Assembly (NCBI GenBank): GCA_041661045.1
Contig: JBAZVE010000001.1
Span: 810,001 to 842,000, forward strand
DNA from: Candidatus Saccharimonadota bacterium
GTDB taxonomy: Bacteria > Patescibacteriota > Gracilibacteria > UBA1369 > 2-02-FULL-48-14
Direction: 5' to 3'
Length of the DNA: 32,000 nucleotides
Position 1 is the stretch's first letter. Every line of letters begins with the position of its first letter. Shown here piece by piece: positions 8,514 through 16,753 of the stretch. The notes beneath the pieces were generated by a model, which saw only the letters and a list, made by a program, of their open reading frames with translations, was not told the origin of the DNA and did not search any database. Both the position numbers and the translations under genes were made by a program.

Positions 8514-9959
8514 TTATTTCTCCAAGTCGAGGATGTGGTCGATTCGTATTTGATTGACGAAATCCCACACATGCGACACAAGCACCATGGCGCCTTCGTA
8601 GTCATTGAGTGCTTTGGCAATGACGGGGAGATGGCGGAAGTTGATATGATTGGTGGGCTCATCGAGGATGAGGAGGCCGGGTGCCTCAAGCACAAGCCGT
8701 GCAAAGGCCACGAGTCCTTTTTGGCCTTCCGATAGGCTGCCGATTTTTCGGTGAACGATGTCACCGGTGATCAAAAAACTTGCGGCAAGCGCACGGATCT
8801 CCTGTTCTGTTTTGGAGTTGGTAGCTTTGTTCAAAGTGTTCAAAACCGTATCTTCAAAATCCAAATTTGAAAAGTCTTGGCGGTAATATCCCACTTTTAC
8901 ATCTTTTCCGATTTGTGCGCCGGGAGCGGTCCCATTCGCAAGGGCTTCGAGGAGGGTGCTTTTCCCAATGCCGTTCGGTCCGGACAGCAGGAGGTGTTGG
9001 TTTTTGTGGAGAGACACGCTTACTTTTTTGGTGACTTCTTCATGGTGTTTGAATGAAGTGACGGAGCTGATTTTTAGGATTTCTCCAATCAGTTTTTCTT
9101 GAGCGGGAATGGTGAAAGGGCGAATGGCTTTGTCCTCGCGCCGGACATCGACCATGGACTCTTCCAGCTCCGCCGCTTTATCGCGCATTTTTTTTGCGAC
9201 GAGGCGCAGTTTTCCTCCTTTGTGTGCAAAGGCATTGGACTGTTCTTTGTTCGCAAGGATCTCTTTTTCGAGCTGAGCGTTCTTCATGTTTTCCTTTTCG
9301 ATTCGAGCTTTAATTTGTTCCACCACGGCATAATAGTCGCCCACATATTGCTCGACCTGTTTTGTGTGAATGTCCAAATACAAAACGCCTTCGGTGAAGG
9401 CATTTAAAAAGTCGGCATCATGGGAAATCACGATGCAGGTTTTTGGGGAGCATTGCAGGAAGTAGGTGAGATGAGCAATTCCTTCGGGGTCCAAATTATT
9501 GGTGGGCTCGTCCAGCAACAAGAGGTCCGGATCTTGGATGAGGGCCGCGGCAAGGAGCAGACGGGCTTGTTGACCTCCCGAAAAAGACTTCACGAGTCGA
9601 TCGTGAGGAGCCTTAAGATTTACGATGTCCAGCACTTCGTCGATGCGCCTTCCGATATCGTACTTTTTTTCACTGAAACAATTTTGAAAGAACTGTTCCA
9701 CGGTGAGCTCGCGGTCTTTGGCTCGCATGGTTTGGTGCGCGGTTCCAATGGTATAGCCTGGGAAAACATTCACTTGGCCACGGCTGGCCTTGTGGTCACC
9801 GGTGATCAACTTGAGAATGGTGCTTTTCCCGGCTCCATTTTGCCCCATGAGCGTGATCTTTGCTCCTTCCCGTACATTGAAGCTCACTTCTTTTAGCAGA
9901 GGTTTTTTCTCATCGAAGCCAAAGGTGACTTCATCGAAACTTATAATGGTGTTTGCCAT
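8514..9959 (-). CDS. ABC-F family ATPase (two ABC cassettes, no membrane domain)
   Basis: 481 aa with two Walker A sites (GQNGAGKST, GPNGIGKST), two signature motifs (FSGGQQ, LSEGQK) and two Walker B sites (LLLLDEPTN, LLILDEPTN). A charged helical linker joins the cassettes. Confidence 0.85.
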   Translation of the reverse strand: MANTIISFDEVTFGFDEKKPLLKEVSFNVREGAKITLMGQNGAGKSTILKLITGDHKASRGQVNVFPGYTIGTAHQTMRAKDRELTVEQFFQNCFSEKKYDIGRRIDEVLDIVNLKAPHDRLVKSFSGGQQARLLLAAALIQDPDLLLLDEPTNNLDPEGIAHLTYFLQCSPKTCIVISHDADFLNAFTEGVLYLDIHTKQVEQYVGDYYAVVEQIKARIEKENMKNAQLEKEILANKEQSNAFAHKGGKLRLVAKKMRDKAAELEESMVDVRREDKAIRPFTIPAQEKLIGEILKISSVTSFKHHEEVTKKVSVSLHKNQHLLLSGPNGIGKSTLLEALANGTAPGAQIGKDVKVGYYRQDFSNLDFEDTVLNTLNKATNSKTEQEIRALAASFLITGDIVHRKIGSLSEGQKGLVAFARLVLEAPGLLILDEPTNHINFRHLPVIAKALNDYEGAMVLVSHVWDFVNQIRIDHILDLEK

Positions 9960-10017
9960 AGTGCTTTTGGAGGCTGGATTTTAACGGCATACGCCCAGAG
10001 TGTCAAACCCGCAATTG

Positions 10018-10026
10018 TGCTACAAT
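10018..10026 (+). promoter_or_regulatory. Extended -10 element (TGcTACAAT) placed 6 nt before the ATG at 10033; implies a leaderless mRNA
   Basis: TGCTACAAT at 10018-10026, then AAGCTC, then the ATG of the lipoprotein signal peptide (MKKLFLF...). Confidence 0.45.
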
Positions 10027-10032
10027 AAGCTC

Positions 10033-10677
10033 ATGAAAAAACTTTTTCTTTTCATCTTCTTAACGGCTTGCGTTCAAAGCCCCCTCATTGAGCAATCACC
10101 AGTGGAAGAGCCGCCGGTGGAAGAACCGCCGTCCGAGGTATCCTTGGTGTACCCCATCGAAAACTTTGAAACGGGCATCACACTCAAATCTTTTGGAACT
10201 TACATCACGCCTGAAAATTCACCCGTGCAGCCCGAGCGATTTAGCGGCTATCACACGGGAGTGGACATTGAGGCGGGAGATTTAACCGGCGAGGTGCCGG
10301 TGTTTTCTATTGCGGATGGGAAAGTGGTTTTGGCTCGCACCGTGAGCGGCTATGGGGGAGTGGTGGTGGCTCAGTATTGGTTTGATGGAGCGCCGGTTTT
10401 GGCGCTTTATGGGCATTTGGATATGGGCTCGGTCACGGTTTCCGTCGGTGATGCGCTTTTGCTTGGCCAGGGATTGGGCGTGCTGGGTGAGGGTTACACC
10501 AATGAAACCGATGGAGAACGCAAACACCTCCACTTTGCTTTGATTCCCGGGGAAACGGTGCAGTTGGCGGGTTATGTTCAAAGCGAGTCCGCCTTGAGCG
10601 CTTGGCTGGATCCCGTGTCTTTCTTCGCGCAATTCACCATCCAGAGCACGCCGAACTTGTCGGTGAGAGAACCGTAA
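10033..10677 (+). CDS. M23 family metallopeptidase lipoprotein
   Basis: Signal peptide with lipobox (FLTAC) starting at ATG 10033, so the track's upstream extension from 10000 is unlikely. PVEEPPVEEPP linker, then the HTGVDI and HLHF zinc-ligand motifs of M23/LytM peptidases. Confidence 0.8.
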   Translation: MKKLFLFIFLTACVQSPLIEQSPVEEPPVEEPPSEVSLVYPIENFETGITLKSFGTYITPENSPVQPERFSGYHTGVDIEAGDLTGEVPVFSIADGKVVLARTVSGYGGVVVAQYWFDGAPVLALYGHLDMGSVTVSVGDALLLGQGLGVLGEGYTNETDGERKHLHFALIPGETVQLAGYVQSESALSAWLDPVSFFAQFTIQSTPNLSVREP

Positions 10678-11051
10678 TGCGCACCCCAGAACATTTCTTG
10701 CAAAGGCATTTCAACTTTTCCACCTTCGGAAAGGGAGTTGAAGAGGCGCTCCGCCTCGGGAAGGGTGTCGGGCTCTAGGTTGATGTAGAGGTTGTTTCCA
10801 TGAGTGACTTTGAAGCCCATGGATTCAGGCGCATCCGTACCCATGAGCACCGCGTCCCCTAAAAGTGGAAGCTCAATGTGCATGATGAGGTTTTGATCTT
10901 CGGGCGCGGGTGCCGGGGCGCCTTCTTGTGCAGGGACTTCTGAAAAACGATGAATGCCTCCGGTGAATTCCCCTCCAAAAACGCTTTTATAAAAGTTAAA
11001 AGCTTCTTCGGTATTTCTGGGAAAGTTAAGATAAATACTGACGCGTGCCAT
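10578..11051 (-). CDS. VOC/glyoxalase-fold protein, PhnB-like
   Basis: 157 aa. The N-terminal VSIYLNFPRNTEEAFNFYKSVFGGEF and C-terminal DKFGVLWMVN blocks are typical of the PhnB-like VOC family. Confidence 0.7.
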   Translation of the reverse strand: MARVSIYLNFPRNTEEAFNFYKSVFGGEFTGGIHRFSEVPAQEGAPAPAPEDQNLIMHIELPLLGDAVLMGTDAPESMGFKVTHGNNLYINLEPDTLPEAERLFNSLSEGGKVEMPLQEMFWGAHYGSLTDKFGVLWMVNCAKKDTGSSQALKADSL

Positions 11052-11081
11052 AGGGTGGGGGTTAAGGGTACTGTGGCTATT

Positions 11082-11660
11082 TTAGTATATCAACATTTCT
11101 CTTGGTACCCCTAGTTTGCGAAGATAGAAAAATACGGGAAGGATGTAGGTGTTTTTTTTAGCGCCGATTCCGAATGCTTTGCCCGTTTCAATATCAAGCC
11201 CTACTGTAATGAATGAGTTCCTAATCAGAGTTCTGAGGTCCTTATAGGTGGTGATGGTACTTCCGTCGGGGAGATTTATAGCTCCGCCCGTCAACAGGTC
11301 ATTCAGGTTTTTGGCTATTGGCCACCTATCATCAAAGCAGATGATGTAAAAGTTATCCATGAGTAGGCCAATGGCTTTATTTGCCAAATAATCCTCCTTT
11401 GAAACGGTGTCTGGATGGTAGTTCGACTTATAACCCTTCACCGCGAGGGCATATTGTTCTTCCAGTTCCTTAAGAAGGGTTGGATCTAAGTCGATTTCCC
11501 ATTTGAACCAAGCCGGTCTCTCACCTACTGCACCAGATGTAGCTTCTTTGGTCTGAGCCAATTTATCCAAAACCTCCGCGTCTGATTCTTGAGGGGGAGG
11601 AAGGGCGGAGACACTCTGAATGGTCCCTTCTCCTGGTTTTTTTGGTTCAGTCATGATCAC
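11082..11660 (-). CDS. Hypothetical protein
   Basis: 192-aa ORF in a tandem minus-strand arrangement. No motif recognised. Confidence 0.45.
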   Translation of the reverse strand: MIMTEPKKPGEGTIQSVSALPPPQESDAEVLDKLAQTKEATSGAVGERPAWFKWEIDLDPTLLKELEEQYALAVKGYKSNYHPDTVSKEDYLANKAIGLLMDNFYIICFDDRWPIAKNLNDLLTGGAINLPDGSTITTYKDLRTLIRNSFITVGLDIETGKAFGIGAKKNTYILPVFFYLRKLGVPREMLIY

Positions 11661-11714
11661 ATCTTAGCAAAAAAGAATGGATTTGTCTATGTGTCAAGGG
11701 CGGGCCATTTTATC

Positions 11715-11743
11715 TTGACGGCTCTTCTTCGCCCCGCTAATAT
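11715..11743 (+). promoter_or_regulatory. Sigma70-type promoter TTGACG-N17-TAATAT, 8 nt upstream of the ArsR ATG (leaderless or near-leaderless)
   Basis: TTGACG at 11715-11720, a 17-nt spacer, TAATAT at 11738-11743, ATG at 11752. Confidence 0.5.
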
Positions 11744-11751
11744 TCAACTGT

Positions 11752-12087
11752 ATGGTTGAATGTACTCCCGATATCGATTTGCTTTTCAGTTCGCTTGCGG
11801 ATGCGACGCGTAGGGACATTTTAAAACGCGTTTCTGTGCGGGAGATGTCGATTGGGGAGCTGTCCGAGCCGTACAAAATGTCTTTTGCCGGAATCGCCAA
11901 GCACATCGCGCTTCTGGAATCTGCAAAACTTGTGACCAAAAAACGCAGAGGCAAGCAACAAATCGTGAGCCTGGCACCCGAAAGTATTGAAGTCGTTCGC
12001 AACTATCTTAAAGAATACGAGGACTCCTGGCGGCATCGCTTTGAGGCCCTCGATACTCTACTCACTAACCCCGCTCCCCATGTTTGA
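11752..12087 (+). CDS. ArsR/SmtB family winged-helix transcriptional regulator
   Basis: 111 aa. LADATRRDILKRV...MSIGELSEPYKMSFAGIAKHIALLESAKLV matches the ArsR HTH pattern. The stop overlaps the next gene's start (ATGTTTGA, 12080-12087). Confidence 0.85.
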   Translation: MVECTPDIDLLFSSLADATRRDILKRVSVREMSIGELSEPYKMSFAGIAKHIALLESAKLVTKKRRGKQQIVSLAPESIEVVRNYLKEYEDSWRHRFEALDTLLTNPAPHV

Positions 12088-12565
12088 ACCCACTTTTGAA
12101 ACTGATTTTGAAAAGAAAACCATGACCATCACCCGCCGCTTTGCCGCTTCACGAAGTCGTGTGTGGGCAGCGTGGACCACGCCGGAATTGTTTGAAAAAT
12201 GGTGGGCGCCCAAGCCGTGGAAGGCCATTGTTAAAACCTTTGATTTTAGGGAAGGCGGGCAGTGTCACTATTATATGGAAGGTCCCGATGGAGAGAAGCA
12301 ATGGTGCTTGCTTAGTTATGAAAGCATCGATCCCGAAAATAGTTTTTCACTCTTCGATGGATTCGCGGATGAAGCCGGAAACATGACCGATGCTTTGCCT
12401 TCCATGCATTGGCGCAATGAATTTAAGGATGAAGGGGAGACCACGCTTGTCGTCGTCACCATCCAATTCCAAAAGCTTGAAGACATTCAAAAAATCATCG
12501 AGATGGGCTTCAAAGAAGGCTTCACGATGGGACTTGGCAATTTGGATGAAGTCTTGCTAGCATAA
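12080..12565 (+). CDS. SRPBCC superfamily protein (AHSA1/Aha1-like START fold)
   Basis: Start reassigned to ATG 12080 (MFEPTFE...). The SRVWAAWTTPELFEKWWAP block is typical of the AHSA1 family. ArsR followed by AHSA1 is a common gene pair. Confidence 0.75.
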   Translation: MFEPTFETDFEKKTMTITRRFAASRSRVWAAWTTPELFEKWWAPKPWKAIVKTFDFREGGQCHYYMEGPDGEKQWCLLSYESIDPENSFSLFDGFADEAGNMTDALPSMHWRNEFKDEGETTLVVVTIQFQKLEDIQKIIEMGFKEGFTMGLGNLDEVLLA

Positions 12566-12588
12566 ACTTATTCATAACCCCTCCTCCT

Positions 12589-12993
12589 ATGACACCTTAT
12601 GTTGACGGCTATGTCTTGCCCATTTCAAAAGACAAACTGACGGCGTATCAAGCTATGGCTTCCAATGCGGGAAAAATCTGGATGAAGCACGGAGCGCTGG
12701 CTTATTATGAATGCGTGGGAGACGATTTGAACCCTCATTTTGCCGAAGAACACACAGATGGGGGCAAAATGAAACTGTCCGCTTTCCCAGACATCATGAA
12801 AACGGGGCCGGATGAAACGGTGATTTTTGCTTTTGTGATCTACGAATCTCGCGAAGATCGTGATGCCGTGAATGCGAAGGTGATGGCCGACCCGGAAATG
12901 GCCGCTGGAATGGGCGAAGACTTCGAAATGCCCATGGATCCCAGCCGCATGGCTTACGCCGGCTTCCGCTCTATTGTGCATTATGAGAAGTGA
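12589..12993 (+). CDS. DUF1428 family protein
   Basis: 134 aa. The N-terminal YVDGYVLPI and FAFVIYESREDRD blocks resemble DUF1428. Confidence 0.6.
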   Translation: MTPYVDGYVLPISKDKLTAYQAMASNAGKIWMKHGALAYYECVGDDLNPHFAEEHTDGGKMKLSAFPDIMKTGPDETVIFAFVIYESREDRDAVNAKVMADPEMAAGMGEDFEMPMDPSRMAYAGFRSIVHYEK

Positions 12994-13011
12994 TAATGAC
13001 GCCTTGGTGCG

Positions 13012-14673
13012 CTAGTACACACTTTGCAAATAACAGCTTTCACAAAACACTATTTCCGGACGATCCGGTGAGATTGTGGAATGGAATGACTGGGTGCAGC
13101 CGGCGTTCATGCAGTTTCTGAGCCAGAATTTCCGTGGATTCCTCATTCCATGACGATTCAGTCTCCTGCAATTGAAGCATGCTCGGGGTAGGGGGATATT
13201 TTTTTTGCGGTAGTAGTTGAGTTCGTGCGCCGTGATTTTGTAGTTTTTCTTGCAGTATTCGCACGCAAGTATTTCCTCCACAATGGAATCGGTCACATCC
13301 TGGATTTTATCGGGGACTTGAGTGAGCGTTTCCTTGCCGTAGGTGCCGGGTAAATCGTCTTCCCAGTTGAATCCTTTGGCCTGCGCTTGGTCTTTTGTCG
13401 TGGGGTAAAAAAGCTGTGCGGTGGTTTCATTGTAGCCATAAGGGCTGTTTTTGATGGGAAAGAACTCGCCCCACTCGCCCGTTTGTTTCATGTATTCAAT
13501 GATCTTTGTTTTGAGTTTAAAGTAGTCTTCTTCGGAGTATTGCTTGTTTAAAATGCAGAATTTGTTTCGCTTTAAACCGAAACAGCCAAAATTTTCACTG
13601 CTGCGGTGGCAATGCATGCAATAGGTGAGATTGGAAACTTGGCCGACCGCGATGTGGCTGAAGCGAACATTAGTGACATTTGCTCCCACCATTGCACTTT
13701 CGTAACACAGCTCCATATTGATTCCGAATTGATAGATGTCGTAAGAGTCCTTGGCGTGGAGTTGAATTTGACTCAAGTATTTACAGTCTTCAATGTCGCT
13801 GCAGTCAAAACAGAATTGTGCATTTTTGGACTTATAAAGATAGTCCCCCAGGCAGTTTTCAACCATGGTGTTTTGCAGATAGCGGAATGGGTGTTTGGCC
13901 TGGAGCTCTTTAAACTTTGTTAAGTATTTTTGAACTTCTTGATGCGAACCCGTATTTAAATCTTTGATGAGGTTTTTATACGCTTCTTCACTGAGTTGCT
14001 CGTTCAAAAAACAGTATTTTTTATTTCGCAAACCCACGCACATAAAACAATCCATGCATCCCACACAATCCCTTAAAAAGGAACTGGAGGAACAGCCGGT
14101 GCAGTCTTGGCACCATGCTAAGTCATTGCTGTCCTTCACATCCACACATTCGTAACAGAGCTCTGATCCGTGGCAGTAATGCGTGTCCACACAGTCCTTT
14201 GATTTTTTAACGCCGTAGCCGTAATAACAATCTTCGGCAAAAGTGGCGTGAAAAATGAAATAGCAGTTTTTATTTTGACCTGCTTGATGAGTGTATTCGG
14301 AATTGATGTCGCCACTTTCTATCTGCACGCATTGGTGGGGGACCACCAATTCGAGCTCGCGAAACTGATCAAAAAAAGGTCGATTGAAGTCGAAATCTTT
14401 TCCGTAGGTGAGAGGGTCCCAATCATCGCCCCACCATGCTTGAACGGAGTAAACTTTCCGCGGATTTTTGGGAGAAAATTCGCTGACAATAGCTTTGCCC
14501 GTGAGATCACACTTTCGGTTGTAGAGAATGCCTTCATTGCACCAGGCCATTCGTCTCATCTCACGGCATGGAGGGCACCATGTCGGTTCCGGCACATCGA
14601 TGCGACTATAAAAAGCCCTGTCCTCCTCCATGATTTCAAAGGCTTGCGAGCAATTTTTGCATGTTTTCTGCAT
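13012..14673 (-). CDS. Cys-rich zinc-ribbon repeat protein, paralog 1 (553 aa)
   Basis: N-terminal CxxC...CPPC ribbon, DFDFNRPFFDQF, central C-rich repeats, TGEWGEFFPI, and C-terminal CEYC...CFNC and CESCY ribbons. It is colinear with the protein at 24894-26477. The start lies 8 nt after the upstream SRPBCC stop. Confidence 0.7.
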   Translation of the reverse strand: MQKTCKNCSQAFEIMEEDRAFYSRIDVPEPTWCPPCREMRRMAWCNEGILYNRKCDLTGKAIVSEFSPKNPRKVYSVQAWWGDDWDPLTYGKDFDFNRPFFDQFRELELVVPHQCVQIESGDINSEYTHQAGQNKNCYFIFHATFAEDCYYGYGVKKSKDCVDTHYCHGSELCYECVDVKDSNDLAWCQDCTGCSSSSFLRDCVGCMDCFMCVGLRNKKYCFLNEQLSEEAYKNLIKDLNTGSHQEVQKYLTKFKELQAKHPFRYLQNTMVENCLGDYLYKSKNAQFCFDCSDIEDCKYLSQIQLHAKDSYDIYQFGINMELCYESAMVGANVTNVRFSHIAVGQVSNLTYCMHCHRSSENFGCFGLKRNKFCILNKQYSEEDYFKLKTKIIEYMKQTGEWGEFFPIKNSPYGYNETTAQLFYPTTKDQAQAKGFNWEDDLPGTYGKETLTQVPDKIQDVTDSIVEEILACEYCKKNYKITAHELNYYRKKNIPLPRACFNCRRLNRHGMRNPRKFWLRNCMNAGCTQSFHSTISPDRPEIVFCESCYLQSVY

Positions 14674-14681
14674 GGATGATT

Positions 14682-15095
14682 TTACTGAAGTTGTTCGGTG
14701 AACTTTTTAAAGTTGTTTAGGATTGCCTGCCACCCGTTTCGTTGCAGTTCAAGCGAATTTTCGGATTCGGGGTCGAAGAGGACCGTCACAATTGTTCCCG
14801 CTCCTTCCGCCTCAAAATGAACTTCCACTTTTCGCGCGTCGCCTAGGGAATAGGTGAGGAGCTCGTTTGTTTTGACCTCGTCGAAGGTTCCGGAGAAATC
14901 AAAGCCAAAACTTCCGTCCTTAGCTTCCATGCGGGATGAAAAGATTCCTCCCGGTCTTAAATCGCACTCGGCTTTTGGACAGTGCCAATCGTCAGAGGCA
15001 AAGTTCCATTTTGTGATGGATTCTGGCTTTGTGTAGTGCTCCCACACTTTTTCGAGTGGGGCCTTGATGTGAACTTGGATGGAGATTTTTTCCAT
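14682..15095 (-). CDS. SRPBCC superfamily protein (AHSA1-like), second copy
   Basis: 137 aa. The LEKVWEHYTKPESITKWNF block plus its length fit AHSA1/START-like proteins. Confidence 0.75.
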   Translation of the reverse strand: MEKISIQVHIKAPLEKVWEHYTKPESITKWNFASDDWHCPKAECDLRPGGIFSSRMEAKDGSFGFDFSGTFDEVKTNELLTYSLGDARKVEVHFEAEGAGTIVTVLFDPESENSLELQRNGWQAILNNFKKFTEQLQ

Positions 15096-15101
15096 GGGTA
15101 G

Positions 15102-15107
15102 ATTGTA
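15102..15107 (-). promoter_or_regulatory. -10 hexamer TACAAT placed 6 nt before the ATG at 15095 (leaderless pattern)
   Basis: The minus strand reads TACAAT-CTACCC-ATG. It sits within the 16-nt gap after the ABC-2 permease stop. Confidence 0.35.
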
Positions 15108-15111
15108 AGAA

Positions 15112-15858
15112 TTAAATCTGAATCTTTTTAAAGAAATAAGTCCCGAGTGCTAAGAAGACCACAGTGAATCCGGAGAGCACGGCTAAGTCGAGGCTGAGGC
15201 CATAGTGGCTGGTACCCAGAAGTACGCCGCGTAGGGCGTCGTTTCCGTAAGACAGAGGGTCGATTTTAGCGAGCACATCCATTATTGTTGGCAATCCTTT
15301 GAGTGGATACAGGGCTCCGGAAAGGAAGAAAAGAGGCATCACCAGGAAGTTCATGATGAGATGGAAACCTTGCATATCCTCCAAAAGAGAAGCCACCATG
15401 ATTCCCAGTGCGGTGAAGAGCAGAGCCAAGAGGAACATGATCAAAAGAGCGGGGAGTAAGCCGAGCCAGTTTTCGGGTCTGAATCCAAAGAGGATGGAAA
15501 GTCCCAGTACCAATGCTCCTTGGAAGGCGGAGATGGTGGCACCACCCAAGGTTCGGCCCATCATGATGTTGAGGCGAGAGGTGGGGGCCACGAGCGTTTC
15601 TTTAAGGAAGCCAAATTGACGATCCCAAATCACGGACATTCCGGAGAACATGCCACTGAAAATGATGCTCATACCAATGATTCCTGGGGCAAGGAAATTG
15701 AGGTAGTTTCCCTCTCCGGCTTGTTGAAACACGCTGCCAAAACCGTAGCCGAGCGCAAGTAAATAGAGGAGAGGTTGTGCCAATGAACCAATGGTGCGCG
15801 ACTTGGAACGCAGGTAGCGTTTGATTTCCCGGAGCCAAAGAATATAGATTTTTTTCAT
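15112..15858 (-). CDS. ABC-2 type transporter permease
   Basis: 248 aa with about six hydrophobic helices. It lies immediately downstream of a DrrA-like ATPase, as is typical of ABC-2 exporters. Confidence 0.8.
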   Translation of the reverse strand: MKKIYILWLREIKRYLRSKSRTIGSLAQPLLYLLALGYGFGSVFQQAGEGNYLNFLAPGIIGMSIIFSGMFSGMSVIWDRQFGFLKETLVAPTSRLNIMMGRTLGGATISAFQGALVLGLSILFGFRPENWLGLLPALLIMFLLALLFTALGIMVASLLEDMQGFHLIMNFLVMPLFFLSGALYPLKGLPTIMDVLAKIDPLSYGNDALRGVLLGTSHYGLSLDLAVLSGFTVVFLALGTYFFKKIQI

Positions 15859-15887
15859 AGTTGTATAAGGTACTTGAAAGGGCCTGG

Positions 15888-16679
15888 TTATTTACGGGCG
15901 CCCCACATGCGGGCCATGGTTCGGTTGCGGTCGGCGGTGGTGGAGCCTTCTTCACGGATCTTGTTTCCGGTGAGTTTAAGAAAAGCCTCTTCAAGCGACT
16001 CCGTTTCGGTTTGTTTTTTGAGTTCGCCAGGCGTGCCGGATGCAATGATTTTTCCGTGGTCGATCACGCAGATGCGCTGGGCGTTTTTTTCTGCTTCTTC
16101 CATGTAGTGAGTGGTGAAGAACACGGTGGTCCCTTCTTCTTTATTCAATTTTTTGAGGTAAGTCCACATGTGATTGCGCGTTTGGGGATCGAGTCCGAGG
16201 GTGGGCTCATCGAGGAAAATAATTTTGGGGTGGTGCATGAGTCCACGGGCGATTTCGAGACGGCGCTTCATGCCTCCGGAGAATTCTTTAACGAGGTCGT
16301 TTTTGCGGTCGAGCAGGTCCACGAAGCCGAGCAAATCTTCGATCCGTTTTTTGAGGATAGAGCCGGGAACATCGTAAAGCACGCCATGCAATTCCATGTT
16401 TTCGTAGGCGGTGAGCTCGTCATCCAGGCTGTGATCTTGGAACACAATTCCAAAGCAGCGCCGTACCGCGTCCGGATCTTTTTCCGGATCGTGACCATTC
16501 AACGACACATGGCCTTCGCTGGCGGAAAGTAGCGTGGTGAGGATCTTAATAGTTGTGGATTTTCCCGCTCCATTTGGGCCGAGGAATCCAAAAATTTCAC
16601 CGGACTTCACTTCAAATGAAATGTCATCCACGGCCACAATATCCCCAAATTTTTTAGACAGATTTTTTACTTGAATCAT
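15888..16679 (-). CDS. ABC transporter ATP-binding protein (DrrA/ABC-2 exporter type)
   Basis: 263 aa. Walker A GPNGAGKST, signature FSGGMKRRL, Walker B IIFLDEPTLGLD, H-loop TTHYMEE. Confidence 0.9.
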   Translation of the reverse strand: MIQVKNLSKKFGDIVAVDDISFEVKSGEIFGFLGPNGAGKSTTIKILTTLLSASEGHVSLNGHDPEKDPDAVRRCFGIVFQDHSLDDELTAYENMELHGVLYDVPGSILKKRIEDLLGFVDLLDRKNDLVKEFSGGMKRRLEIARGLMHHPKIIFLDEPTLGLDPQTRNHMWTYLKKLNKEEGTTVFFTTHYMEEAEKNAQRICVIDHGKIIASGTPGELKKQTETESLEEAFLKLTGNKIREEGSTTADRNRTMARMWGARK

Positions 16680-16738
16680 AGGAGGTGCTTAGTAATTAAG
16701 CATCTTAATGAATTCGTTTGTGTGGGGCAAGGCCCATG

Positions 16739-16747
16739 TGCTAATTT
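16739..16747 (+). promoter_or_regulatory. Extended -10-like element TGcTAATTT placed 6 nt before the ATG at 16754 (leaderless pattern)
   Basis: TGCTAATTT-TCCCTT-ATGAAAAAA. The context (TGTGCTA...N6...ATGAAAAAA) parallels the element at 10018. Confidence 0.35.
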
Positions 16748-16753
16748 TCCCTT

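Noticed and set aside
10000-10032. Upstream start (10000) for the M23 peptidase
   Set aside because: It would place 11 residues ahead of a canonical lipoprotein signal peptide and would overlap the TGCTACAAT -10 element. ATG 10033 is the better start.
15861-16532. 223-aa plus-strand ORF antisense to the ABC ATPase gene
   Set aside because: The minus-strand frame carries Walker A, signature, Walker B and H-loop motifs. The plus-strand translation has no motifs and mirrors the codon structure of the real gene.
16680-16686. AGGAGGT adjacent to the ABC ATPase start, looking like a Shine-Dalgarno sequence
   Set aside because: It is on the plus strand, whereas the gene is on the minus strand, where it reads ACCTCCT. 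No plus-strand start codon follows at a suitable distance.
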